Below are positions 1 to 13,380 of a DNA stretch of 64,000 nt, one piece after another (within the stretch, counting starts at the first letter, position 1; each line of letters starts with the position of its first letter). The translations under genes were made by a program, and so were the position numbers. The notes below the pieces were generated by a model that ran no database searches, was not told the DNA's origin, and was given only the letters and a program-made list of their open reading frames with translations. Source of the stretch: Octopus vulgaris. Its lineage: Eukaryota. Location: contig OX597814.1 in NCBI GenBank assembly GCA_951406725.2, forward strand, positions 17,236,001 to 17,300,000. Reading direction: 5' to 3'.

Positions 1-499
1 TCCTTTTCAGATCTTGCCATGAAATAGTTTTGAATAACGTTTATCAAGAATTAAATAAATGAATAAATAAACTTTTTAACTGGAAAAACTGAAGGTTTTA
101 AAGGAAGCTTATATGTTGGCAAGTAGTCGAAAGATTAAAGTTGCATCTTGGGGAGGAAGCTGAACGATGAAGTGAAGCTCAGACATTTGACAACTTTATG
201 ATTAAATCCATTGTTATATTTAGATCTAATAAATTAAGTATTCTTTCTAACCCTAACCAATTCTTGGCCGTTCACATTCCTAGAAATATGCTGTTATCCG
301 ATATATGACACTGTATAGAAATAAATCTTGGTTATGCAAATATCAAGAATGCAAATATAGAAATCAATAATTTCACAAATATCAGTGACATCATAATTAT
401 ACAAAGAAATACCAAACTATTCCTCCAATAACTAGATTCAAAAAGAGTTCTTCTTGCATGACTGTTAGTTTTACTATTACATTTACTGACAAATGGCTG

Positions 500-715
500 T
501 CATTTGGCAGAATTGTTAACATGCCAAGCAAAAAAAAAAAAAATCTTAGCGACATTTCGTCCGTCTTCAAGTTTTGAGTTCAAATTCCACAGAGGTCGAC
601 TTCACATTTCATCCTTTCGTTGTCGAGAAAATAGGGGTCATTTGAGCACTGAGGCCTATGTAATTGACTTAGACTCTTTCCTGAACTTGCTGGGTTTGTT
701 CCAGAATTTGATTAC
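500..715 (+). mobile_element. Old, diverged copy of SINE family A (tail variant 3)
   Basis: TGGCAGAATTGTTAAC A-box-like head, GAGTTCAAATTCC B box, GAGGTCGACTT...TTTCATCCTTT central domain shared with younger copies at 8737 and 17231. Confidence 0.75.
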
Positions 716-1357
716 AGTAACATTTTTACGAAAAACTATACTTGTCTAAGTACAACGGATTTCATTATGGTGAGATAGAACTCAACTATGTCAAATTGTG
801 TAAACATGCAATGACGACTATTATTCATACAATTAAACTAATTTATCATAGATGTTCTCTCATTCTATAAATCTTGCTTGATTTTATGGATAATTAAATC
901 TAAAAAATGTTTTTTTATTAGTTGTGCTCAACTTTTTCTGATTCAGTTTTATCAAAAATTATCTTTCTGATCTTCACTTGTGATATAAGGTGTTTGCAAA
1001 ACGAAATAATCTTTTATATGTTTCATTCTATTTTCATAAAAATAGCTATTTATTTATCTTTATTATTACTTGGATATTGTTTTGCATTATATTTTACATA
1101 TTATTTTAGATTTTTACTCTTAGATTCAGAAACACAGTAAAAATAACAATAAGTTACCATCCATTTCGTGTCAGTATTTGTATGTATTTTTTTACATTAT
1201 TTTATCTGATGAAAAATGAATGTCCATATTTAATGTCATGTGTGAGTGAATGTTTGTTCCAGATTGCATTCGCACAAAAGCGATTTTTACTTTCTTGCAA
1301 CAATAAAAGTGCTTGGGTGTCTGCCTGCAATGGATGTGTAGGATGTCTGTTTCTTAC

Positions 1358-1369
1358 TCTCTCTCTTTC

Positions 1370-1401
<32 letters not shown>

Positions 1402-1503
1402 CCTCTCTCTCTCTCCCTTACACTCTCACTTTCATTTTTCCACTTTATATACAGATGCACACAAAGACCCCACACACGCATATACATACATACATACATA
1501 CAT

Positions 1504-1589
<86 letters not shown>
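1358..1589. repeat. Compound microsatellite (CT)n ... (ATAC)n(AC)n(AT)n
   Basis: Directly visible; explains overlapping spurious ORFs 1182-1639. Confidence 0.95.
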
Positions 1590-1892
1590 TAGATAGTACC
1601 AGTTTCGTTAGAAAGAGGAGGCAAAAGCGACTCAAATAGCCTCAAGCACTGAAAGTTAACAAGCTGACAAAATCAGGGGAGTGAGAGAAAATAGCCAACA
1701 TACCAAAGCGAATGACAATCGCAGATGAAATTGAAGATATTATGGTGGCTAATTGAGTCGATTTTGACTCCTATTTCTAGCGAAACTGGTGCTATCTACT
1801 ACCACTGTTTATATATTTGCTTTTTATATTTTGTGTTTTGCTAACTAGCCACTTTTATTATTATTATTATTATTAAAATTATTATTGTTATT

Positions 1893-2438
1893 GAGTGAGA
1901 GAGAGCAGTGAATGCCATCAAAGTGACACTGGGGTAAAATATACGAAGCCCAGTATACCCATCATGACTACCCGCCTGATAAGGGTACACTAGGCACATG
2001 CATCACAAACATATGTGCGCGACATGGTGATCTCTTATCAAGATAAACAGCACATGACCTTGCAGCCGGGGGCCCAGTTAGAATTTTCTTCTGGTCGAGT
2101 AGCCCATCCTGCTCAAAAGGTCCCTGAATAAGGATTGTTTAAGGATGTTGAACGAACTGTCCATGTTTCCAGAGGTGAATTATTCAAATCCCAAAAAACA
2201 CCTCTCAACACATGGCTATGATGCCCCCCACCACTACTTCTGATCGGGATCAGAGATGTACATATTTTTAGCAACTAAGGGACATGCTCAACTGGTTACG
2301 ATCAAACAACTGTGGTATTGAGCAGAATATTTACTGTAGCCAATATTTTATACCAAGACAAAACAATGTACATGATAACACTTCCAGTCAGTTAAGATCA
2401 GAAGCCACGAGAGCCACTGCCTGGTACTGCATCAGGGC

Positions 2439-2440
<2 letters not shown>
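1893..2440 (-). mobile_element. Non-coding ~550-bp interspersed element embedded in a (TAA)n tract (putative non-autonomous retroelement)
   Basis: Sharp shift to higher GC; (ATT)n tracts directly on both sides (1855-1892 and 2441-2480); no ORF. Confidence 0.6.
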
Positions 2441-2484
<44 letters not shown>

Positions 2485-2491
2485 AATAATG

Positions 2492-2536
<45 letters not shown>

Positions 2537-3642
2537 TCTTTGTTATTTATAATTATGCACTACTACCGTTTGAATTTTGGCGGTAGCCTCTCAACAGTTT
2601 TAACAAGCTTGTACGAGGCGAGTAACCATTTAACCCCAGGCAGCAAGACTCAATGAGGAGGAATAAGAGAATTATCTCAGTCTTCGAAATCCCGTGACAT
2701 GCGTATATCTACAATTTCACTTGAGATTGTCGCTCGCTTTTGGTATTGTCGCTTAATTTTTCTCGCTTCCCCGATTTCATCAGCTTCTAAACTTTTAGTG
2801 TTTGCGGCTAATTGAGTCACTTTCGACTCCTATTTCTAGTGAAACAGGCGCTATATACTTGTTTATATATTTGCCTTTCAGTTTTATTCCTAAATAGCCA
2901 CCTATATTATTATATTCTATTAATAATAATAGCTTCATTATACATATATAATAACGCTATTATATATCTATAGTAACATACATATACATATATATATATA
3001 TATAACTGCATGCTTATATGCATATAAGTGCATATTTGTTCTTCTGTGTACAAATAATATTTATTTCAGTGTCCTCTCGACTCACAATATCAGAAGAGCT
3101 TCGCATCGATACGAAAATATCTCGAGATATTTGCTTAAATTTGAAGAATGTGGATCGAAACATTATATAAATAGACATCCATCAATCTAACTTTCACAGT
3201 TGTCCCTAACTCCTACGTCTATTAGCAAACAAAACTATTTCTTTAATAAATTTTAAACTAAGTGTGAATACAGATGTGAAGAACACGTGATAGACAATCA
3301 TGTCTGAATAATTGTTTGGTAAATATTTATCTTCAGTATTATACACCGTTGTATGTGTGCATTCGAGTGCGTGAGTATACGTCTATGTACGTGTTTATTT
3401 AACGCACACACATGTATACACACGTGCAAACACACACACACACATACATACATACACACATATATTCATGCGTGAATTTATAGAAAAACGTGTATATAAA
3501 TGTATTCATGCATACGTACAACGGATATATATATATATATACTTTGTATGTATTCATATACATATATGTGTGTATATATACACATATGTCCATATATGTA
3601 TATATATTTATATATTGATATATATATTTATATATATAAATA

Positions 3643-3678
<36 letters not shown>

Positions 3679-3699
3679 TACATACATACATATATACAT

Positions 3700-4425
<726 letters not shown>

Positions 4426-4438
4426 CATAGTTATATAA

Positions 4439-4477
<39 letters not shown>

Positions 4478-4502
4478 TAAAGATTTATATATGCTTTTAC
4501 TT

Positions 4503-4840
4503 CAGGGGTTCTCAAGCAATTGTTTTTTATCTATGGATCCCTTTCATTACTATTTTATCTATTGCCTTTCGATATTTAAAAACTATTTTTGTAGAAGCGC
4601 CCTTTCAAAATTTCTGTTTTGTTTAACAATCACTAACTTGTATTTGTGGAACTACCTAAAATGTTAGGGAAGGCAATCTAGCTACACTTGCAATACATAC
4701 CTATACATACATATGAGGCAACATATTTTCATGGGCCCTTATAATACTATTGTGGATCCCCAATATTGATTCATGTAGCTCACCCACCCACCCACCCTAA
4801 AAAACAAAATCGTATATGAAACCCCGCTGAGAACCAGGTT
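4503..4840. mobile_element. hAT/Charlie-like MITE
   Basis: Left end CAGGGGTTCTCAA, degenerate inverted right end CTGAGAACCAGG; internal GGATCCC/GGGCCC subterminal motifs. Confidence 0.5.
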
Positions 4841-4944
4841 TTGATAAAATCTCATTTATGCATGTAGTGTAGTCCCAAGTTTGTTCTGATTAAAAGGACT
4901 TCTTGTAATTTAAAGACGCTAGTGCATCGGTTATCTTATGATAT

Positions 4945-5243
4945 GTTGTTGGAAGCACTCCGTCGGTTACGACGATGAGGGTTCCGGAACAGCCTGCTTG
5001 TGAAATTAACGTGTAAGTGGCTGAGCACTCCACAGACACGTGTACCCTTAACGTAGTTCTCGGGGATATTCAGCGTGACACAGAGAGTGACAAGGCCGGC
5101 CCTTTGAAATACAGGTACAACAGAAACAGGAAATAAGAGTGAGAGAAAGTTGTGGTGAAAGAGTACAGCAGGGATCACCGGCACGGAGCCTCGTGGAGCT
5201 TTTTAGGTGTTTTCGCTCAATAAACACTCACAACGCCCGGTCT
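4945..5243 (-). mobile_element. SINE family C, 5'-truncated
   Basis: Near-identical to 46895-47210 (CGTCGGTTACGACGA...GTACCCTTAAC...CTCAATAAACACTCACAACGCCCGG). Confidence 0.9.
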
Positions 5244-5249
5244 CATATG

Positions 5250-6250
5250 TTGTATAATTTTAAAAACATCATTTGTACGTCTTGGAAAATGTGTCATTCA
5301 TAATTTTGGGAAAAAATAGTTTTCTATTGTTCTCTCCTAATTTTGTTTTTGATAAATTTTAAACAGATTAACTTCAAACCCATGCAAAGTCCCCTAGTGA
5401 GACATGACTTCTAAAGGATTAGGGTCTACTGCTTTTGAATGATGTGTTATTAGAGATTTGTCAGATATTTTTAAGAGGGTCCAGGGAATGCACAAAAGCT
5501 TTATCTTTTTTGCTCGCTTAGTAGTGCTAAGTGAAGAAAATAGAGCCAGTAGTTGTTTCATGTTGGTGAATAAGTATTTCGAATTCAGTAAAATGCCATC
5601 TTTCCGATATTTATGCTGTTGTTCTTGTTGTTCTTGTACTTGTTATAAAGTCCTAGGTAAGAGTTATCCAATCAGGGAAAAAATTAGGTATGCCTATCCC
5701 ATTCTTCTAAGTCCAACTGCTGCTTTGGTGGGCTCGGCAATCCATAATAATGTGGGTAAGATCTCTGCCTCATCCTATTGTAAATATATCCATACGGCCG
5801 CATATTGTGATGAACTAAATCTACCAACATTATTATAGGACGCCGAGCCCCTAGAAACAGCTGATGGACTCATATACCTTTCTTCCACCCCTTCCATTTT
5901 CTCTGTCATTTGTACTCTGTGTAAGATGGACCTATTAATATAAATATCTGCATATTTATACATATAAATTCATCATCTAAATGTTTCACCTTTCGCATTC
6001 TCTCGTTTTGCATGTATACATATATACATATTTTGTGCTTGATGTATTTAATATATCTAATATATTCGATGTATCTAATTTGTTTATCTCCATTAATACT
6101 TTTATACCCGCTCAACCTGATTCCTCTTCCAGCTTTTCTTTACCTTGTGGAATGATCCAATTTAAAGACATGGGAGTGTCTAAATTTGAATCTTTTGAAC
6201 ACTACTAAGTGTTTTCTATACAGAGAATATTTGGATCTTATCTGTGAACC
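5250..6250. mobile_element. Highly decayed Penelope-like remnant(s)
   Basis: CCTAGAAACAGCTG at ~5850 is shared with the hammerhead-bearing relic at 52802-52853; otherwise only weak coding similarity. Confidence 0.35.
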
Positions 6251-6309
<59 letters not shown>

Positions 6310-6669
6310 TGTGTGTCTGTGTGTGTCTGTGTGTGTGTCTGTGTGTCTGTGTATGTGTGTATGTATGTATATGTATATATATCATATATGCATATAGAAG
6401 CTATATTAAACGCATTTGAACATAAGTGTTTTTATATATGCATGCGTGAGCATGTGTGTCTATATGTAAGAATGTGTGTTGAATTTTAAAAGAATGTGTG
6501 TGTATGTGTCGCTTGAGATGTATCTAGGTGGTGCTGAGGCTCGTTCTAATGGTTATGATGGCGGCGACAGTTGAAGGGGGGGGAGGAGGTAGTGGTGGTG
6601 GTAGTGGTGACAATTGTTTGACGACTGACGATTATGACAATGTTGATGATAATTGTTCTAATAATACGA

Positions 6670-6778
6670 AGGAAAAGAAGAAGAAGGAGGAGGAGGAGAA
6701 GAAGAAGGAGGAGGAGAAGAAGAAGGAGGAGGAGAGGAGGAGGAGGAGGAGAAGAAGAAGAAGAAGAAGAAGAAGAAG

Positions 6779-6808
<30 letters not shown>
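6670..6808. repeat. (GAG/GAA)n purine tract
   Basis: Directly visible. Confidence 0.95.
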
Positions 6809-6810
<2 letters not shown>

Positions 6811-7677
6811 CAGCGAATACAGATATATGAATAGAGTACAAATAAAGAAGAGCGGTGGTGTTGGCGATTTGGTTTGCGGAAGCGATGTAAGCAAATAGTC
6901 TGATTGGGAAAAAATTCTTTTCTTCACAGATGCTAAAGACTTATTGTTTTCGGACAAGTCATTCTGTTTACTTTAGGCTGGAGAGTGAAGAGCCATATTT
7001 TCTTGCTTGCCTATTGTGCTTTCTTTTCTTTACCATTTATATATATATATATATATATATATTTTTATATTCCTTCACTTTATTTCTTTGTAACCTCCTT
7101 TCTTCTTTTCTTTCTTCTTTCCTTATGTCTTTATTTTATTTCATCGCCGTACACGATATTTGCCATACTGGAATTGCCATGCTGCTTAATTGACATGTAA
7201 ACATCTCGCGTATCGGTGGATGCTTGGTTTTAAAAAAGGTAAAGAGGAAGGGTGGAGCGTACGGAGCATAGGAGAGCAGTGGTGGAGGTACTGAGCAGAC
7301 AGAAATTCTGGTGTTTGGTGCCAGCAAGGATAAACTGTAAAGGGAGAGGCGAGGAGGAAGGATCTAGGCAATGAGCGATAGAATACAACTTAGTGTGTTG
7401 AGTTCTTCATTATATTCCATGCTCACGTCATACTTCTCGATTTTTCTCGCTGATTTTTCTCCACATTTTTCTCTACCAGCGTCGATAATGTTTTCAGACC
7501 AGCACTGAAGTCGTTCAATATATGATTTAATATATAAAAAGAACAATAAGTCGGCGACAGCAAATAAAAAAAAATTGCAGTAGTAGAGATCTCGTTTGTT
7601 TAGTTGGGAAGAATTTATCCATAGTCCATAGCAGAAAATCATGGGTTTTCTAACCATTGTTATTTCTGTTTAACATG

Positions 7678-7863
<186 letters not shown>

Positions 7864-8289
7864 ATATATATATATATATATATATATAAATATATATATA
7901 AAGAATTTTAAAAGTAACTATGGCGTTACTTAGAAATGCATCTCTAAACGAAAGGCTCATAAATCACAAAAATGGGGAGACACAAAACGTGAAAAGCCCA
8001 AGCACAAGAATCTGGATTCAAACATTAGTATCCAAAATGACTGAAAGCAACTTTTGGTACCTCAAAATGCTATAAAACGAAATGCTAACATGTAAACACG
8101 CAAGAAACTAAAACGGTAAAGACGAGAACTTCTAAAGACGCAATCTATGAAACAAAAACCATTATAACTAAACCGCTATTACTGAAACATAAAATGTACA
8201 GTGTTCAGTTCAACCTGCAGACGATAGAGTGTAAAGTACTAGTGTCTAAAATACTATAGTTCATGTACCTGTGCATCACTGTTATCTGA

Positions 8290-8735
8290 TAGGTTGCGTA
8301 TATAGTTTCTGTGTTTCGTCTGTGTACAATTCTTAAAGACAGTACGTTTTATTTAGTTTTTCTTTTATACTTCATTGTGGTTTGTTATGGAGAGAGTGCG
8401 GTTGATTAGTTTATTATAGAGCGAATATATTGTTTGCAAACCACTCTTGTATCTTTCCGTTAGCAAATGTGGTATTAGTGACTGCTCTAGTTATGTTTGA
8501 ATTCCATTTCTCTTTCTTTACATTTCTCTATGTATAAATGTTTATTATATGAAGGTACATTATGTAAAACCAAGCTTATCTTTTTCTGTACTTCTGATAA
8601 ATTTATTTTCTTGGGTGTGAAGGTGAGTACTATTTCACTGATAAGAAGGGAAACAGCGTGTTTTGGTAGGTGCAAATTTAAAAGTTTTGCTTTGTTTTGT
8701 GTAGAGAAAGATTACTTGGTTATTTTATGTATGGA
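8290..8735 (-). mobile_element. Penelope-like element N-terminal coding remnant
   Basis: SLLISEIVLTFTPKKIN resembles the PLE LSKGLNF.PTP motif; degenerate. Confidence 0.4.
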
Positions 8736-8736
8736 A

Positions 8737-9000
8737 GGCAGCGAGTTGGCAGAAACGTTAGCACGCCCGGCGAAATGCTTTGCGGTATTTCGTCTGTCGT
8801 TACGTTGTGAGTTCAAATTCCGCCGAGGTCAACTTTGCCTTTCATCCTTTCGGGGTCGATAAATTAAGTACCAGTTACGCAGGGAGTCGATGTAATCGAC
8901 TTAATACCTATGTTTGTCCTTGTTTGTCCCCTCTATGTTTAGCCCCTTGTGGGTAGTAAAGAAATAGGTATTTCGTCTGCCGCTACATTCTGAGTTCAAA
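8737..9000 (+). mobile_element. SINE family A, full monomer plus start of a second unit
   Basis: tRNA-like head (TGGCAGAAACGTTAG A box, GAGTTCAAATT B box), central GCCTTTCATCCTTTCGGGGTCGATAAA domain, tail ...CCCCTTGTGGGTAGTAAAGAAATA, then restart at GGTATTTCG. Confidence 0.92.
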
Positions 9001-9254
9001 TATTTTTGCCAAGTCACCACACGCATTATGTACTACGTTTTTGCTTCAGCTTGAACAATGACAAGAAAGCTGACGGAGAAAAGCAAGTATATGGTATACG
9101 TTTTTAATTGGCAAAAATATTATTTTCCCCAAATATAACAATATCTATTTCAACACACGATTTCAATTCAGGAATCTTGCAAAACGAATACATAAACGCG
9201 TATATATATACATATGCATACATTTGCTTGCGCGTATATATGTGTGTTTGTGTG

Positions 9255-9302
<48 letters not shown>

Positions 9303-11320
9303 TGTGTTTGTGTGTGTGCGTGTGCATGTACAAAAATCTGTGGATGATGCAATGTAAAGTTTAATGTTATGTTTTGTAATATTGCACCTGTGGAACGCAT
9401 TCTTCTTATTGCATTTCCTGTTCAGAGGGCAACTTCAGGGATCACGACAGTTACAGTTCGTTTTGCCCATGGTATGTTGCTTGAAGGAGTTATTAGCATT
9501 ATTCATGGTGTGCACGAATATTTTACATTCGAAACCAATGTCCTTGACACCGAGTCACAACCTGATTCCTTAGATATCGAGGATCTTTCCAACAATCCTC
9601 ACTATTCCTAATAGAGCATATTTTTGAATTAATGCCACTCACGTATTTACACCAATAACAATAAGGGAATTGTTGTTCGCGCTGATGTTGTTGTTTTATT
9701 ATAAATATTATACTTTGTACGACCATTGTTGTCACTGCGACGACTACCACCACTACAATCATCACTACCACCAGTACTCCAAGCAGTAGAACTTATATTG
9801 CAGCAGCCACAATGTTGGCAACAAGCTTATTAGTAGTAGTAGTTTCAGTATTATTATCAATATTAGAGTCAAAGAATTATCAACGGAAGTAGTTTCATTG
9901 GTAAAAGTATTAGCATTACTCCTGTTTCTTTTGGGTGTACTTATGTTTGGTTTAGTTTCAATAGTGTTGTGTATCATTCCATGTGTTGGATGTATTTTTG
10001 TATTTTAGATTAGTTATGCCTCGAAGAAAGAGTAATATTTTGCACTAAGTTCCTCGGATTTCAAATTTTAAAGTTAGTCCTACTGCAAGTACTTAAGACT
10101 TAACGATTCTCTTCTATTGTGTTCTTAGTTTTTACTTTAAAGTGCTTTTTCAGCTGCTACACTGTTTGCTAAAGTTGGTGTAATTGACTACGATAGTTAG
10201 CTGTGGATTTGTTGTACATATTGTTGTATTTCTGCTGAAGGCGAAATTTTTTCTGTTGGTTATTGAAGAATGTTTCGAAACGCTTTATTTTTTCAACTAG
10301 CACCGTATCCTTATCTTCTTTTATTATTAGTATTATATTCAGGGAATGATGAACCGCGGTACTATCTTGATATGATTATTGTTGGCTTGTTGGGAGCTAT
10401 ATTTTACATTAAAACACTTTATAAGTGGCTGTTTGGTAAGTAGCTTGCTTACCAACCACATGGTTCCGAGTTCAGTCCCGCTGCGTGGCACCTTGGGCAA
10501 GTGTCTTCTACTATAGCCTTGGGCCGACCAATGCATTGTGAGTGGATTTGGTAGACGGAAACTGAAAGAAGCCCGTCGTATATATGTATATATATATATA
10601 TATGTGTGTGTGCGTGTATGTTTGTGTGTCTGTGTTTGTCCCCCTAGCATTGCTTGACAACTGATGCTGGTGTGTTTATGTCCCCGTCACTTAGCGGTTC
10701 GGCAAAAGAGACCGATAGAATAAGTACTAGGCTTACAAAGAATAAGTCCCGGGGTCGAGATGCTCGACTAAAGGCGGTGCTCCAGCATGGCCGCAGTCAA
10801 CTGATTGAAACAAGTAAAAGAGTAAAAGAGTAAAGAGTATATCAGATAAATGGTTATTTCTTGAGTTGGAAATGTCCTTTCAACTAATTATGGAGTTTCA
10901 TTGGTATTGTTGGTTTTTCTGTTATTAGGACTGGCTATTTTCTGTAAATTTTTAATTGTATTTAACTCGGCTATGTCTTATTTAAATATATCTTCTATGG
11001 CTCTTCTTTTCTAGTTTCTTATATTCTTCTTATCATTTATATCTTTATTAATAAGGGTTTTGAAACTGGTATTTTTTAAGCATTTGGTTTGTACGATAGA
11101 GCAGTAAGGCTTTATCTTACAGAAGGGCATCTTGCTAAAGATGCCCTTATTAGCTGACAAGCTAGATTTTCTGATTCAAAATATGATTCATATGTTTTTG
11201 ATTACTCCATGGATGGTAAGAAAGTTTACGAAGTTTAGATTGAATTTAAGTATATGATATAGGTATTAAAGGCTATCAAGTGTAATGCCTTAGAAATTCG
11301 CAATGATTTATCGATAGAAT
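9001..11320 (-). mobile_element. Decayed Penelope-like (Neptune-type) element: RT thumb and GIY-YIG endonuclease, interrupted by a SINE and microsatellites
   Basis: Minus-strand NCNCRDP*SCPLNRKC...KLYIASS (9343-9460) matches the PLE CNCR..CPL.G.C...YIG motif; IHGVIKNI...IRKSSLSANKGIF (11120-11215) matches the HPPSIIKN...RLS.LS.N..IF region. Confidence 0.75.
10424..10839 (+). mobile_element. SINE family B (tRNA head plus CORE-like CCTTGGGCAAGT, internal (TA)n(TG)n, (GTAAAAGA)n tail)
   Basis: GTGGCTGT.TGGTAAG...GGTTC..GTTCAGTCCC head; about 10 copies in the window; resembles the octopus OR-type CORE SINEs (name not verified). Confidence 0.92.
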
Positions 11321-11491
11321 GAATTACAGACATAAATGAAGTCCCAGAGTAGTGAGAATCGAATAACTTCTTAGGAACGATGCCCAACATAGCCACAGTC
11401 CAATATCTGCAAAATGAATTAAAAAAATAAACGGTTACATATGTGTTTATATATTCAAGTGTAGGTATAGACATACACATATGATATATAT

Positions 11492-11542
<51 letters not shown>

Positions 11543-11905
11543 CATTTATGTATATACATATATACATGCGTATGTATGTATGTGAGTACATAAGTGCAAA
11601 ACAAGTTGGAGAAAATAGCACACGAAAATTAAGTTTTAATTAAAGAGAGTTTTGTTGAAGCAGTGCAACTTTAGACAATCAAACATTTTTTCTTTCTTTA
11701 ACAATACAATGATTTTCAATACTGCAAGAATAAAACGATTGACAATCAGCAATCAAAAACTTGGAGCTGACTGTCACATTTCAAAATCTATGGAAACTTT
11801 TGGTTGAGTCGATTGATTTGGGGCGTAAATAATATACGCAATAATAAACGTGTTAAATGTATTTGCATTGAAGTAAATGTTATGGCTTATAAAGGTATAT
11901 ACATA

Positions 11906-12070
11906 GGCGTAGGAGTGGCTCTGTCTTAAGTAGCTTGCTTACCAACCACATGGTTCCGGTTTCATTCCCACTGCGTGGCACCTTGGGCAAGTGTCTTCTA
12001 TAGCATCGGGCCGAGCAAAGCCTTGTGAGTTGTCTGGTAGACGGAAACTGAAAGAAGGCCATCGTATATG

Positions 12071-12111
<41 letters not shown>

Positions 12112-12320
12112 TGTGTGTATGTGTTTGTCCCCACCAACATCGCTTGACAACCGATGCTGGTGTGTTTACGTCCCCGTAAATTAGCGGTTCGGCAAAAGAC
12201 CGATAGACGAAGTACTAGGCTTACAAAGAATAAATCCTGGGGTCGATTTGCTCGACTAAAAGGCGGTGCTCCAGCATGGCCACAGTCAAATGACTGAAAC
12301 AACTAAAAGAGTAAAAGAGT
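11906..12320 (+). mobile_element. SINE family B, full length
   Basis: Aligns end to end with 10424-10839. Confidence 0.92.
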
Positions 12321-13009
12321 ATTTAAACCTCAGCTTCTGTTAATAAAACCAAGACCTTTGCAAATTTAGGATACTCAACACAAATGTGTGAAAGGCTCTA
12401 TCGAAATGATTCATTGCAGTATTTAGTTGATCCCTATTTTCCTCGATTATTAACAGTGGATTTAAAAGTTAATCTAAGAAGGATTTTAGCTGGGAAATGT
12501 AAACACGAGTACCTAAATGGCAAAGAACTTTGTTTACCCCTAGTTATTTTTTGATCAGTCTGCTTGATTAATGAATAATACTGCTTTGTAACATTCAGGT
12601 CGTGGCATATGACTCAGTGTTGTAAAAAAAAATGGTATCGATTATACCAATCCCAGTACATAATTTGAACTGATCTTATCGACTACTGAATGATGAAGGA
12701 ATAAAGTTACTGGACTGAAGATATAGCTAACTACTGCTAGATAATTCAACATCTCTACCAAACTCACTCTTTGTTATAGAAATTGTCTCTAAGGTAAGCG
12801 CAAGGTCACAGATTTTGTGGAGAGAGTTAGTCAGTTAAATCGATCTTATCACTTAGCTAGTACTTTATTTTATCGGCCTAAGACGGAAAAGAGCAAAACT
12901 GATTTTGGTGAGATTTGAACTCAGTCGAAATTAATACTGCAGGACACTTGTCTTTAATAATCTAACGAATCTACAATCCATCTTATAACAATAATATTTA
13001 AAAAAAAAA

Positions 13010-13380
13010 ATAGAAATGTACTTTGTAGGCCCATCTGATACACTGATGGTCGCCATGTCTATATCAGATGTCCCTATATTCAAATTATCCATATTGCCTT
13101 CCCCTTTCATATTCTTAGACTTTGCTCGAAGGCACTCATCTATATCTTGTAATAGGGTTCACAGTGGTAGCAAAGAACTCATTTTTCTGTTACGATACCG
13201 TACATAAAATATGAACTTCCTTTAACACCTCTGACATTCTCTATAAACACAACAATCCATTTATTACATCCAACGTTGTCAACACAATAGACATTTCCTT
13301 ATGTTATTTTGTTAATCCCTTTACTCCGAGACTATAATTTCTCCACGTGGCTCATGCTGTGTCAAATCTGAAAGGTCACA
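13010..13380 (-). mobile_element. CR1/L2-like LINE ORF2 remnant
   Basis: DNLNIGTSDIDMATISVSDGP resembles the pre-RT '..I..AI..L....S.GPD' motif; degenerate. Confidence 0.4.

Noticed and set aside
247-258. CTAACCCTAACC telomere-like motif
   Set aside because: Only two units; too short to be an interstitial telomere
3076-3127. Hammerhead-like CAGAAGA...CGAAAATATC
   Set aside because: Core mismatch, no stem II, and the stem I partner is not adjacent to the core
7136-7371. Higher-GC block with a possible minus-strand splice acceptor (CCCTTTACAG)
   Set aside because: No recognisable protein motif, donor site or partner exons
9369-9611. Plus-strand 80-aa ORF with normal-looking composition
   Set aside because: Antisense shadow of the Penelope GIY-YIG remnant on the minus strand
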